Shown here: one piece after another, positions 1-11,010 of the stretch
How positions within the stretch are numbered: position 1 is the first letter of the stretch
Layout: every line of letters starts with the position of its first letter
From: an uncultured bacterium
Lineage (GTDB): Bacteria; CAYJRR01
Direction: 5' to 3'
Length of the DNA: 33,251 nucleotides
NCBI GenBank assembly: GCA_964372275.1
Contig: CAYJRR010000045.1
Location: forward strand, 1 to 33,251
Translations under genes and position numbers: made by a program
The notes under the pieces: generated by a model
What the model was told of the DNA's origin: nothing
The model's input: only the letters and a program-made list of their open reading frames with translations
The model's database searches: none

Positions 1-618
1 GTGCCCGAACAGCTCGCTCTCGAGGAGGGTCTCCGGGATGGCGGCGCAGTTGATGGCAATGAACGGACCGTTGGCGCGCTTCGAGAGGCGGTGGATCTCG
101 CGGGCGACGACCTCCTTGCCCGTGCCGGTCTCGCCGCTGATCATCACCGTCGCCTCGCTGACGGCGATCGCCTCCACCAGGCGCCGGACCAGCGTCATGG
201 CGGGCGAGCTTCCGACCAGCGTCGAGGCGGAGAGCGGCGCGTCCGGCTCGAGACGGCTGTCCTGTTTCGCGATCGCGTCCCCGTCGAGCAACCGCGACAC
301 CGCCTCCTTCAGCGATGTCGTCGGGAACGGTTTGGAGAGCACGTCCTGGACGCCGAGCCGCATCGCCTCCAGCACCACCTTTACGTCCGGCTGCTCGGCC
401 AGCAGCACGGTCGCTGGCAGCGCCGTCCGCTCCCGGATCCGCCGGATCTGGCCCGGATCGACGTCGAGCACCAGCCCGTCGAAGCGCGCCCGCTCGAGCG
501 CGGCCGCCAGCTCCGCGGTTTCGCAGGTGGTGACGTGCAGCCCCGCGCTCGTCAGCGTGTGCGCGGCCAGGTCCCGCGTTTCGGCTTCGTCGGACGCAAT
601 CAGAACGGCTCCGGTCAT
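1..618 (-). CDS. Sigma54-dependent transcriptional activator (atypical REC + AAA+ bEBP, NtrC/FleR/FlrC-like); 3' part runs off the left edge
   Basis: Not in the ORF track; translated by hand from ATG at 618: [15 protein letters not shown]...[11 protein letters not shown]...DVLSKPF...LVGSSPAM...[19 protein letters not shown]...[23 protein letters not shown]. Walker A and ESELFGH signature present; purine-rich RBS (GGGGAGAGAGGG) upstream. Confidence 0.95.
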   Translation of the reverse strand, partial: MTGAVLIASDEAETRDLAAHTLTSAGLHVTTCETAELAAALERARFDGLVLDVDPGQIRRIRERTALPATVLLAEQPDVKVVLEAMRLGVQDVLSKPFPTTSLKEAVSRLLDGDAIAKQDSRLEPDAPLSASTLVGSSPAMTLVRRLVEAIAVSEATVMISGETGTGKEVVAREIHRLSKRANGPFIAINCAAIPETLLESELFGH

Positions 619-854
619 GGTTCGCCCTCTCTCCCCGTAAGAGTCGAATCGCGCCGTCTTGTCGGTTCGCTCCGGATCCACCCCGATGCTTCGACCCGTC
701 TACCTGCCGGAGCGCGTTGCCGGCGGTTCCATCCCGACCGCCGACGAAGAGACGAAGTGCAGCCGCCGTGCCGCAGGTCGATTTCGACCTCCAAGAGCCC
801 CTCGAAAGAGGTCAAAAAAGTGTTTCATATCGAACGGTTGAAATTCTCATCTGG

Positions 855-870
855 CGTCAAGGAATCGACG
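855..870. promoter_or_regulatory. Near-perfect CGTCA-N6-TGACG palindrome (putative bEBP binding site)
   Basis: CGTCAAGGAATCGACG, one mismatch to the motif seen upstream of flgB, flhA and flgF; lies in the upstream region of the sigma54 activator gene. Confidence 0.45.
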
Positions 871-1030
871 CGGGGTGTCAGCCGATTGTGGGGTTAAAAA
901 CAACCTCTCGACCTGTGGACAGCCTCGCAAAGCCTCTTCGCGGCGCGTGTGGACGAATTTCCGATTCCCCTTCGTTTCCCTTGCGGAGAAGAAATCCGTT
1001 TCTACAACATTAACGATCGTTAGGATGTGA

Positions 1031-1067
1031 GGTTCTTTTCGACCCCGTATTGGGGTAGAAAAGAACC
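1031..1067 (-). terminator. Stem-loop just downstream of the hybrid kinase stop (possible terminator or 3' stabiliser)
   Basis: GGTTCTTTTC-g-ACCCC-gtatt-GGGGT-a-GAAAAGAACC: 10 bp + 5 bp stem starting 4 nt after the TGA; no clear U-tract follows. Confidence 0.5.
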
Positions 1068-1071
1068 CGCC

Positions 1072-3678
<2,607 letters not shown>

Positions 3679-3687
3679 GGGGATCGT

Positions 3688-4593
3688 CTACTTCGTCTTG
3701 CGACTGTTCTCCAGACGCTTGATCCGCTCCAAGGTGGGGGCGATGACCGTCTTCACCGCCCCTTCGAACTGCCGCTCCACCTGTTCCATCACCGAACCCA
3801 GGATGCTGGGGGAGAGCTTCAGCACCGACCAGGCCTGCGGATCGAGTGGCGCCACCTGGATATCGCCGTTGCTGCCGAGCTGCATGGCATTGGCAATGAT
3901 GTCGGCGACGTGCACCGTCGCCGCCTCGACCGGATAGGCGCTGGCGCGGATCGGATCGTGGTGGAAGGCAACCGCCGCCTGCAGGCTCTGCGGCAGGTTC
4001 CAGGACTTGAGCAACGCCAGTCCGACCGCCGCGTGGTCGAAGCCGATGATCTGGCGCTCCAGCGGGTGCAGAAGCGTCTTTTCCTCCCGGGCGCGCTCGA
4101 GCGCCTGCAGGGAGAGATGCACCTCGCGCGTGTAGAGCACCAGCGAACCGATGTCGTGCAGCAGACCGGCGACGAAGTAGCGCTCGGAGTTGCTCTCGCG
4201 GCGGAAGGTCGCGATCACCCGGGCGGCGACGCCGCACCCGACGCTGTGGCGCCAGAACGTCTCCATGTCGACGAAGTCGCTCGGCACCTTCTCGAAGAGG
4301 TTGATGACCGACGTGGCCAGCGCCAGGTCCCGGAGCTGCTGGGTCCCGATGACGGTGATGGCGCGACTGATGGTGTCGATCCGCGACGGGAAACCATAGA
4401 AGGCGCTGTTCACCACACGCAGCAGTCGGGCCGATAGCCCGGGGTCTTCGGAGATCACCGCGCCGATGTCGGTCAGCGAGCTTCGGGGGCTGTTCACCAC
4501 CTCGTCGAGGCGAAGGAAGTTGGAGGGGAGCGACGCGATCGTGGTGACCCCGCGGATCAGGTCGATCGGGTCGACGGGACGCCGGTCAGCCAT
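3688..4593 (-). CDS. HDOD domain protein
   Basis: SLP...ISEDPGLSARLLRVVNSAFYG...AITVIG...FWRHS...AGLLHDIG...W-LP...FHH: typical HDOD pattern. Confidence 0.93.
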   Translation of the reverse strand: MADRRPVDPIDLIRGVTTIASLPSNFLRLDEVVNSPRSSLTDIGAVISEDPGLSARLLRVVNSAFYGFPSRIDTISRAITVIGTQQLRDLALATSVINLFEKVPSDFVDMETFWRHSVGCGVAARVIATFRRESNSERYFVAGLLHDIGSLVLYTREVHLSLQALERAREEKTLLHPLERQIIGFDHAAVGLALLKSWNLPQSLQAAVAFHHDPIRASAYPVEAATVHVADIIANAMQLGSNGDIQVAPLDPQAWSVLKLSPSILGSVMEQVERQFEGAVKTVIAPTLERIKRLENSRKTK

Positions 4594-4927
4594 CGGGCCC
4601 CTTCTTCTTCAGGTTGCGAAGGGTGCACAGCCGCATCAGCTCGACCATCGCGGGGTGCGACCGGTCGACGTACTTGAAGATCCCGGTGACGGCGCTTTCG
4701 GATTCGCGCAGCTTGACCGGGTCGGCCTGCGCCAACTCCCGCGCCGTCACTTGCGCGCGGTCGATCCCGACCACGTCGGCCTCGGTCACCCCCCAGGCCT
4801 TGAAGATGCGCAGGTGCTTCTCGGTGATCTCGTTCCCCGCCGGGAGCAGGAGCCGACCGCTCGGGTCGGTGACCGGCGCCGCGAGCTTCATCCCGACCTT
4901 GAGCTCGTCGAGGTTCAGTTTCCCCAT
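4586..4927 (-). CDS. Small hypothetical protein resembling the N-terminal accessory domain of HD-GYP-type proteins
   Basis: ELKVGMKLAAPVTDPSGRLLLPAGNEITEKHLRIFKAWGV pattern; overlaps the HDOD start by 8 nt. Confidence 0.8.
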   Translation of the reverse strand: MGKLNLDELKVGMKLAAPVTDPSGRLLLPAGNEITEKHLRIFKAWGVTEADVVGIDRAQVTARELAQADPVKLRESESAVTGIFKYVDRSHPAMVELMRLCTLRNLKKKGPDG

Positions 4928-4935
4928 GGCGGGAC

Positions 4936-4951
4936 CGTCAAGCCGCTGACG
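4936..4951. promoter_or_regulatory. CGTCA-N6-TGACG palindrome (putative upstream activator sequence for the flgB promoter)
   Basis: CGTCAAGCCGCTGACG, about 100 bp upstream of the sigma54 GG; its left arm also pairs with GCTTGACGG at 4967-4975 as a 9-bp inverted repeat. Confidence 0.7.
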
Positions 4952-4996
4952 TTTTCGCCGCCGCCCGCTTGACGGAAATCGGTGGCGACGACGTCG

Positions 4997-5005
4997 ATCC
5001 TATCA
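4997..5005 (-). promoter_or_regulatory. Possible extended -10 element for the leftward HDOD/kinase operon
   Basis: Minus strand reads TGaTAGGAT (TGn-TAnnnT) about 70 nt upstream of the ATG at 4927. Confidence 0.35.
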
Positions 5006-5045
5006 CTTTCCCTGGGGGAATCGCGCACCGAGGCGGGTCGGCACG

Positions 5046-5061
5046 AGGCACGGGCGTTGCT
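5046..5061 (+). promoter_or_regulatory. Sigma54 -24/-12 promoter of the flgB operon
   Basis: AGGCACGGGCGTTGCT = GG-N10-GC, matching TGGCACG-N4-TTGCW; 32 nt before the flgB ATG. Confidence 0.85.
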
Positions 5062-5093
5062 TTGCCCATCGATCGAGGCTCCAGGGGGGAACG

Positions 5094-5465
5094 ATGGCGA
5101 TCGATCCGAAGGTGATGAGCGGCGGACTTCTCGACCGCGACGCGGCCGTACTGGGGGCGGCGATCGAGGCGCGAAACCAGCGGGCGTCGGTGATCGCCGG
5201 GAACATCGCCAACGCGGAGACCCCCGGATTCCGGCCGAAAGAGGTCGATTTCAAGAGCCTCCTCGAAGGGAATCTCGCGGGGGAGGGAGCCCCGAACGTC
5301 GTGCAGACCGACGACCGGCAGCCGGGGCGGGACGGGAACTCGGTCTCGCTGCACCGGCAGATGGCGAACCTGTCCGAGAACGCGCTGCAACAGGACGCGG
5401 CGATCCGCCTCTTGAACAAGAAGCTCGACATTCTCCGATTCGCAGTCTCGGACGGCCGCCGATAG
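5094..5465 (+). CDS. flgB: Flagellar basal-body rod protein FlgB
   Basis: RASVIAGNIANAETPGFRPKEVDF and RDGNSV motifs; first gene of flgBC-fliE. Confidence 0.95.
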   Translation: MAIDPKVMSGGLLDRDAAVLGAAIEARNQRASVIAGNIANAETPGFRPKEVDFKSLLEGNLAGEGAPNVVQTDDRQPGRDGNSVSLHRQMANLSENALQQDAAIRLLNKKLDILRFAVSDGRR

Positions 5466-5488
5466 CGGCCCGGACGTAGGAGGGTTCC

Positions 5489-5899
5489 ATGGGGATGGAC
5501 GTGACCAAAGCCATGCAGATCGCGACCTCCGCGCTGGACGCGCAGCGGGAGCGGATCGACGTCATCTCCGCCAACCTGGCCAACGCCCAGACCACCCGAA
5601 CCGCCGAAGGCGGGCCCTACAAGCGGCGTGACGTCGTCTTCGAGGCGCGGCCGCAGAGCCAACCGGGCGTATCGTCGGTGGAGGTGACCGACGTCGTCGC
5701 CGATCCCACGCCGGGGCCGCGCATCTTCGACCCGTCCCATCCCGACGCCGATTCGGAGGGCTACGTCAGCTATCCGAACGTGCAGGTGATGAGCGAGATG
5801 GTCGACCTGATGTCGGCGGTGCGCGCCTACGAGGCGTCGGTCACCGCGGCGGAGACGACCCGCGACATGGCGAAACGAACCCTGGACATCGCGCGCTGA
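5489..5899 (+). CDS. flgC: Flagellar basal-body rod protein FlgC
   Basis: ISANLANAQTTRT..GGPYKRR, DPSHPDAD..GYV.YPNV, EMVDLMSA.RAYEA. Confidence 0.97.
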   Translation: MGMDVTKAMQIATSALDAQRERIDVISANLANAQTTRTAEGGPYKRRDVVFEARPQSQPGVSSVEVTDVVADPTPGPRIFDPSHPDADSEGYVSYPNVQVMSEMVDLMSAVRAYEASVTAAETTRDMAKRTLDIAR

Positions 5900-6252
5900 T
5901 GAGAATCGACGCCTTTCCCAAACTGAATCTCCCCGCCCTCGACGGCGGGGCCACGGGCGGCATCGCTCCCGGTCTCCCCGGCGGGGTCGGCCCCGGCCGT
6001 CCAGCTGGAATCGGGTCGGACGAATCCCGCGCCGGCGGCTTCGCAAACGCGGTGATGCGCGCGATCAACCAGGTCGACGCGCAACAGCACGCGGCGGCGG
6101 CCGCCGCCACCCGCTTCGTAAAGGGCGAGGACGATTCGATCGCCGGCGCCCTGCTCGCGGCCGAACAGGCCGATCTCTCCTTCCGATTCGCGCTGCAGGT
6201 CCGGAACAAGGTCGTCGAGGCGTATCAGGAAATCATGCGCATGCAGGTGTAA
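5899..6252 (+). CDS. fliE: Flagellar hook-basal body protein FliE
   Basis: C-terminal QVRNKVVEAYQEIMRMQV. Confidence 0.96.
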   Translation: MRIDAFPKLNLPALDGGATGGIAPGLPGGVGPGRPAGIGSDESRAGGFANAVMRAINQVDAQQHAAAAAATRFVKGEDDSIAGALLAAEQADLSFRFALQVRNKVVEAYQEIMRMQV

Positions 6253-6261
6253 GGGGCTCCG

Positions 6262-6465
6262 ATGATCCGACTGACGAGAATCGACGGCCGATCGTTCCTG
6301 ATCAACGAGGAGATGATTCTCCAGGTCGAGTCCACTCCCGACACGGTGGTCACGCTCACCGTCGGCGACAGCGTGTTGGTGAAGGAGAGCCCCGACGAAG
6401 TTCTGAGCCGGATCGTCGCCTTCCGCCGCCTCGCCGGCTCCTCCCTTTCGGTGGCGGAGAACTGA
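6262..6465 (+). CDS. flbD: Flagellar FlbD/SwrD-family small protein
   Basis: MIRLTRIDG..FLIN...I..VESTPDTVVTL..G....VKES..EV: FlbD (SwrD) family signature; adjacent to motA. Confidence 0.92.
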   Translation: MIRLTRIDGRSFLINEEMILQVESTPDTVVTLTVGDSVLVKESPDEVLSRIVAFRRLAGSSLSVAEN

Positions 6466-6468
6466 TCG

Positions 6469-7296
6469 ATGGACTTCGCAACGATCGTCGGAATGGCCCT
6501 GGCGCTCGCCGCCATCCTCGTCGGCCAGTTGCTGGAGGGCGGTCACCCCGGGTCGGTGTTCCAGGTCGCCGCCGCGGTGATCGTCGGCGGCGGAACGTTC
6601 GGCGCCACCCTGGTGCAGTTCCGCCTCCCGGTGCTCCTCCGGGCATTCCGCGCCGCGCGCTCCGTCTTCTACGACACCTCTCCCGACCTGGCGCAGATCA
6701 CGAAGGACATCCTCACCTTCGCCACCAAGGCCCGCAAGGAAGGGATCATCGCGCTGGAAAAGGAGCTGGCCGACATCAGGGACCCCTACCTTCAGCGCGC
6801 CCTCTCGATGGCGGTCGACGGGGTCAACCCGAAGAACCTCCAGGAGAGCATGGAGACCGAGCTGCGCCACCTGGAGGACGACGCGGAGCTGGAGGCGAAG
6901 GTGTTCGAGGCGATCGGCGGCTACGCCCCGACGATCGGCATCATCGGCGCGGTCCTCGGACTGATCCACGTCATGCAGAGCCTGGACGACCCGTCGAAGC
7001 TGGGGGCGGGGATCGCCACCGCGTTCGTGGCCACCATCTACGGCATCGGCCTGGCCAACATCCTCGCGCTGCCGATCGCCGGCAAGCTGCGGAACCGGCT
7101 CGCGGTGCGGATGGTGATGTACGAGCTGATGCTCGTCGGCGTCCTCGCCATCCTCGGCGGGGAGAACCCCCGGTTCATCGAGGACCGCCTGAAGGGATTC
7201 CTCACCGAGGAGCAGCGGAAGCGCGTCGCGGAGAAGGACGTCCCGCCGCCGCCCGAACAGCAGGCGGCGACCGGCGCCGCGGCGGGGGCGGTCTAG
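6469..7296 (+). CDS. motA: Flagellar stator protein MotA
   Basis: Four hydrophobic segments; ARKEGIIALE, GGYAPTIGIIGAVLGLI, AFVATIYG, GENP. Confidence 0.96.
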   Translation: MDFATIVGMALALAAILVGQLLEGGHPGSVFQVAAAVIVGGGTFGATLVQFRLPVLLRAFRAARSVFYDTSPDLAQITKDILTFATKARKEGIIALEKELADIRDPYLQRALSMAVDGVNPKNLQESMETELRHLEDDAELEAKVFEAIGGYAPTIGIIGAVLGLIHVMQSLDDPSKLGAGIATAFVATIYGIGLANILALPIAGKLRNRLAVRMVMYELMLVGVLAILGGENPRFIEDRLKGFLTEEQRKRVAEKDVPPPPEQQAATGAAAGAV

Positions 7297-8346
7297 GTGA
7301 TCGCCCGGCGAAAGAGGGAATCGCACGTCAACCACGAGCGGTGGCTCGTGAGCTACGCCGACTTCATCACCCTCCTCTTCGCCTTCTTCACCGCCATGTA
7401 CGCCATCTCCCAGGTCGACACCAAGCGACTCAAGGACATGGTGGTCTCGGTCCGCTACGCCTTCTCCAAGGGGCTCGACGGATCGCCCGGCGGCGGCGTG
7501 AAGCAACCGGTGATCGGCGAGTCCGAGGACGGAACGGTGATCGGCGGCGGCGCCTTCTCTCCGGAGCTGAAGGGGGACAACGCGCTGCGCGACCTGGTCG
7601 AGCAGTTCCGCGAACTGCTCGACTCGGACGCCCAGCTCAAGTCGAAGGTGAAGCTGCGGGTCGAACCGCGCGGCCTGGTATTGAGCCTCTCCGAAGCCGG
7701 CTTCTTCGACAGCGGGTCCGAGGCACTCCGCAAGGAGACGCTTCCCGTCTTCGAGAAGCTGGCGGGCGAGATCGCCTCGCACCCGAACCGGATCCGAATC
7801 GAGGGACACACCGACAACCGGCCGATCAACACGGTGAAGTTCCCGTCGAACTGGGAGCTGTCGGGCGCGCGCGCGGCGTCTCTCGCGAAGTACCTCGTCT
7901 TCCAGTACGGAATGCGGCCGACCTACGTCTCGATCTCCGGCTACGGCGAATTCCATCCGGTCGCCAGCAACGACACCCCGGAAGGGCGGCAGATGAATCG
8001 CCGCGTCGAGGTGGTCCTGCTCTCCGATCCGCTCAACACCGAAGGGGAGCCGGAGGACGACGAGGGAACGGACGGCGGTTCCGCGGCCACGCAGCCCACC
8101 AAGGCCCCGCGCGAGAGCACGACGGGCATCCAGGGCCAACTCTCCCCGGAGGAAGCGGCGACGTGGGGCGGATACGGCTACAAGAAGAAGGACGACGAAG
8201 GCGCGATTGCGCCGCTTCCGTCCACCCTCGGAACCAGCATCCAGGATGCGCTCGCGCCGGCGCTTCGCGAGAGCCGTGAGTCGGCATCCGCCCCGTCGAC
8301 CGAGGGCGGCGACACGTCCGAGACGAAGTCGAAGGAGGGTGACTAG
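7297..8346 (+). CDS. motB: Flagellar stator protein MotB with a long acidic C-terminal tail
   Basis: ERWLVSYADFITLL (essential Asp); OmpA-like domain IEGHTD...SNWELSGARA...NRRVEV. Confidence 0.96.
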   Translation: MIARRKRESHVNHERWLVSYADFITLLFAFFTAMYAISQVDTKRLKDMVVSVRYAFSKGLDGSPGGGVKQPVIGESEDGTVIGGGAFSPELKGDNALRDLVEQFRELLDSDAQLKSKVKLRVEPRGLVLSLSEAGFFDSGSEALRKETLPVFEKLAGEIASHPNRIRIEGHTDNRPINTVKFPSNWELSGARAASLAKYLVFQYGMRPTYVSISGYGEFHPVASNDTPEGRQMNRRVEVVLLSDPLNTEGEPEDDEGTDGGSAATQPTKAPRESTTGIQGQLSPEEAATWGGYGYKKKDDEGAIAPLPSTLGTSIQDALAPALRESRESASAPSTEGGDTSETKSKEGD

Positions 8347-8348
8347 CG

Positions 8349-9968
8349 ATGGCCTCCGGTGGAGAGAGCTTTCCGGCACGGGCAGCCGCGTACCTGTGGG
8401 GCCTGTCGATCGGACAAAAGGTCCTGCTCGGCGGGGCGCTCGTCCTTCTCTTCGTGGGCGTCCAGTGGTACCAGGATCCGCGACGCACGCACGGACCGAT
8501 GGCCCCGCTGTTCAGCGGGCTCGAGCCGGAGGACGCGACGGCGATCTCCGCCAAGCTGACCGAGCTCAAGATCCACAACGAGATCGACGAGAGCGGGACG
8601 GCGGTCCGGGTGCCGTTCGCGCAGGTCGGGCCGGCGCGTCTCGCGCTCGCGTCCGAGGGTCTTCCCAAGGGGGCCGGCGTCGGCTTCGAGATCTTCGACG
8701 GATCGGACTTCGGAACGTCGAGCTTCGTGCAACGTACCAACTACCTGCGGGCGCTGCAGGGGGAGCTGGCGCGCACCATCTCCGCGTTGGCCGAGATCGA
8801 GTCGGCGCGGGTCCATCTGGTGCTTCCGGAGAAGTCGCTCCTCGCGGCCCGCCAGGAGCCCGCGCGGGCGTCGGTTGTGCTGAAGCTCCGGCCCGGGCGG
8901 AAGCTCGGCGAGCGCCAGCTGCGCGGCGTCGTCCACCTGGTCTCTTCGGCGGTCGAGGGGCTGAACGCCGAAAACGTCACCGTCGTCGACGACAAAGGTG
9001 AGCTGCTCTCCTCGGGCGAAGGGAGCGATACGGCGGTCGCGGGCGTCGGCGGCGCGGGCGGCGGTGGTGGAACGTTCGCCTTCCGCAGCAAGTACGAGCG
9101 GGAGACCGAAGAGCGGATCGAAACGATGCTCACGCGCATGGTGGGACCGGGGCACGTGGTGGCCCGGGTCTCGGCGGAGTTCGACTTCTCCGCACAGCAC
9201 CGCGTCGAGGAGCGATTCGATCCGCAGGCGCGGGCCGCGAAGGCCGAGTCCCGGTCGTTGAGCCTGAGCGACCTCCCGGGCGGCAAGTCCGGAGGCGCGC
9301 CGGGGGCCCGTTCCAAGATCGCGGGGGCGGCGGTGGCCCTCTCGGACAGCGCGGGCAACGTCAACATGAGCGAATCGAGCACCGCACAGTACGAAGTGAG
9401 CCACGTGACGAGCACCGTGGTCGGCGGCGGCGCGACGCTGGAGCGCCTTTCGATCGCCGTGGTGGTCGACGCGGCCGGCGACCTGTCGTCGGCGGTGACC
9501 GGCACCGCCGGGGCGGCGGTCGCTTCGACCGGCGCCGGGCTGCCGGACGTGGCGATGTTGACCGACCTGGTGAAGAACACCGTCGGTTTCAACGAACAGC
9601 GCGGCGATCGGATCTCGGTGGCGGTGGCGCCGTTTAACAACCAGGCGGCGGCCGTCGGCGGCGCGGTGGCCGAGTCGGTACCCCCGCCCGAGCGCCCCAA
9701 GGCATGGAACTCGCCCGAGAACCTCACGGCGGGGATCGGCGTCGGGATCGGGCTCCTCTCGATCGCCTTTTCGATCACCGCCGGCGTCCGGCGCCAGCGC
9801 CCCGCGCTGGTTCGCGCGGCGGGCGGGGCGGTGATCGCGGCGCCGGCGCAGGCGCAGCAGCCGGCGATCGCCGCGGCGCCGCAGCAGACGCAGGAGAGCC
9901 TGCGCCGCGCCACGGCGGCAGAACCGGAACGGGCGGCACAGGCGCTCCGCAGCTGGCTACAGGGCTAG
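8349..9968 (+). CDS. fliF: Flagellar MS-ring protein FliF
   Basis: Two TM segments; GFEIFD..FGTS.F....NYLRALQGELARTI, ARVHLVLP, GFNEQRGD, C-terminal ALRSWL. Confidence 0.96.
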   Translation: MASGGESFPARAAAYLWGLSIGQKVLLGGALVLLFVGVQWYQDPRRTHGPMAPLFSGLEPEDATAISAKLTELKIHNEIDESGTAVRVPFAQVGPARLALASEGLPKGAGVGFEIFDGSDFGTSSFVQRTNYLRALQGELARTISALAEIESARVHLVLPEKSLLAARQEPARASVVLKLRPGRKLGERQLRGVVHLVSSAVEGLNAENVTVVDDKGELLSSGEGSDTAVAGVGGAGGGGGTFAFRSKYERETEERIETMLTRMVGPGHVVARVSAEFDFSAQHRVEERFDPQARAAKAESRSLSLSDLPGGKSGGAPGARSKIAGAAVALSDSAGNVNMSESSTAQYEVSHVTSTVVGGGATLERLSIAVVVDAAGDLSSAVTGTAGAAVASTGAGLPDVAMLTDLVKNTVGFNEQRGDRISVAVAPFNNQAAAVGGAVAESVPPPERPKAWNSPENLTAGIGVGIGLLSIAFSITAGVRRQRPALVRAAGGAVIAAPAQAQQPAIAAAPQQTQESLRRATAAEPERAAQALRSWLQG

Positions 9969-10014
9969 AACGACCAACGGTGGGCATCGGCATTCCAAGG
10001 ATCGGTGACGAACG

Positions 10015-11010
10015 ATGGCGCTGACCGGACCCCAGAAAGCTGCACTCGTCATCCTCTACCTCGGCGAGGAGGTGGCGAACTCCATCTTCGCCGGCATGGA
10101 CGACGCCGAGATCCTGAGCATCGCCGAGGCGCTCAAAGGCCTGACGCGCGTCCCGACCGGTGAGCTCACCACGGTGATCGACGAGTTCGGGAACATGATG
10201 CGCAATCCGAAGGACGTCATCGTCGGAGGCGATGCTTACGTGCGCAGCATGCTGGGAAAGGCGCTCCCGACCAGCCGCGCCAACGAGATCCTCTCCAAGG
10301 TCGGCGGCGATCCGAACGGCCCTCCCGGCTTCCACGATCTGCCGCCGCGGGAGATCTACCGCATCGTGCGGTCGGAGCATCCCCAGACGCAGGCGGCGAT
10401 GATCACCCTGCTCGATCCCGGCAAGGTCGGCGGGGTGCTGGCCGAGTTCCCGCGGGAGGAGCGCACCGAGATCCTGGTGCGCCTCGCCAAGATGAAGACG
10501 ATCCCCCGGCGGCGGCTGAAGGAGCTGGAGGAGACGCTGGCCGAACGGGCCCAGCGGCTGAACATCGAGGCCGGCGTCGAGCTGGGCGGAGAGCGGGCGG
10601 TGGCGATCCTGCTCAACCGGTTCACGCTGGAGGACGCCGACCGCTCGCTGGCGCTGCTCGAGGCGCGTGACATGGAGCTCGCCGACCGGATCCGCAAGCG
10701 GATGTTCGTCTTCGAAGACCTCGCGAAGGTCGACGATCGCGGCATCCAGGCCCTCCTCAAGGAGATCCCGCGCGACACGCTGATGATGGCGCTGTCGGTG
10801 GCCACCGAGGAGATGCGGGAGAAGTTCTTCAAGAACATGTCGACCGGCGCCGCCACCGCGATGCGGGAAGACATCGACGCCGCCGGTCCGGTGCGCGTCG
10901 CCGACGTCGAGGCGGCGCACGACTCGATCATCGAGATCGCGCGCAACCTGGAGAAGGAAGGGAAGTTGATCCGCAAGACCGAGCAGATGAGACCGGGGGC
11001 GGCGGCATGA
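10015..11010 (+). CDS. fliG: Flagellar motor switch protein FliG
   Basis: LTGPQKAA, EHPQ, GG linker, MFVFEDL, NMS, GPVR. Confidence 0.96.
   Translation: MALTGPQKAALVILYLGEEVANSIFAGMDDAEILSIAEALKGLTRVPTGELTTVIDEFGNMMRNPKDVIVGGDAYVRSMLGKALPTSRANEILSKVGGDPNGPPGFHDLPPREIYRIVRSEHPQTQAAMITLLDPGKVGGVLAEFPREERTEILVRLAKMKTIPRRRLKELEETLAERAQRLNIEAGVELGGERAVAILLNRFTLEDADRSLALLEARDMELADRIRKRMFVFEDLAKVDDRGIQALLKEIPRDTLMMALSVATEEMREKFFKNMSTGAATAMREDIDAAGPVRVADVEAAHDSIIEIARNLEKEGKLIRKTEQMRPGAAA

Noticed and set aside
1-897. 298-aa plus-strand ORF ([10 protein letters not shown]...)
   Set aside because: Antisense shadow of the sigma54 activator on the minus strand, which carries the real motifs.
905-960. 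GCAAAGC resembling part of a c-di-GMP-I riboswitch; TGTGGAC resembling DnaA boxes
   Set aside because: The remaining riboswitch elements are not evident and it is on the wrong strand for the downstream gene; the DnaA matches have two or more mismatches and no origin context.
9982-9997. GGGCATCGGCATTCCA in the fliF-fliG gap as an internal sigma54 promoter
   Set aside because: The -12 element reads CC rather than GC, and no activator box was seen upstream.
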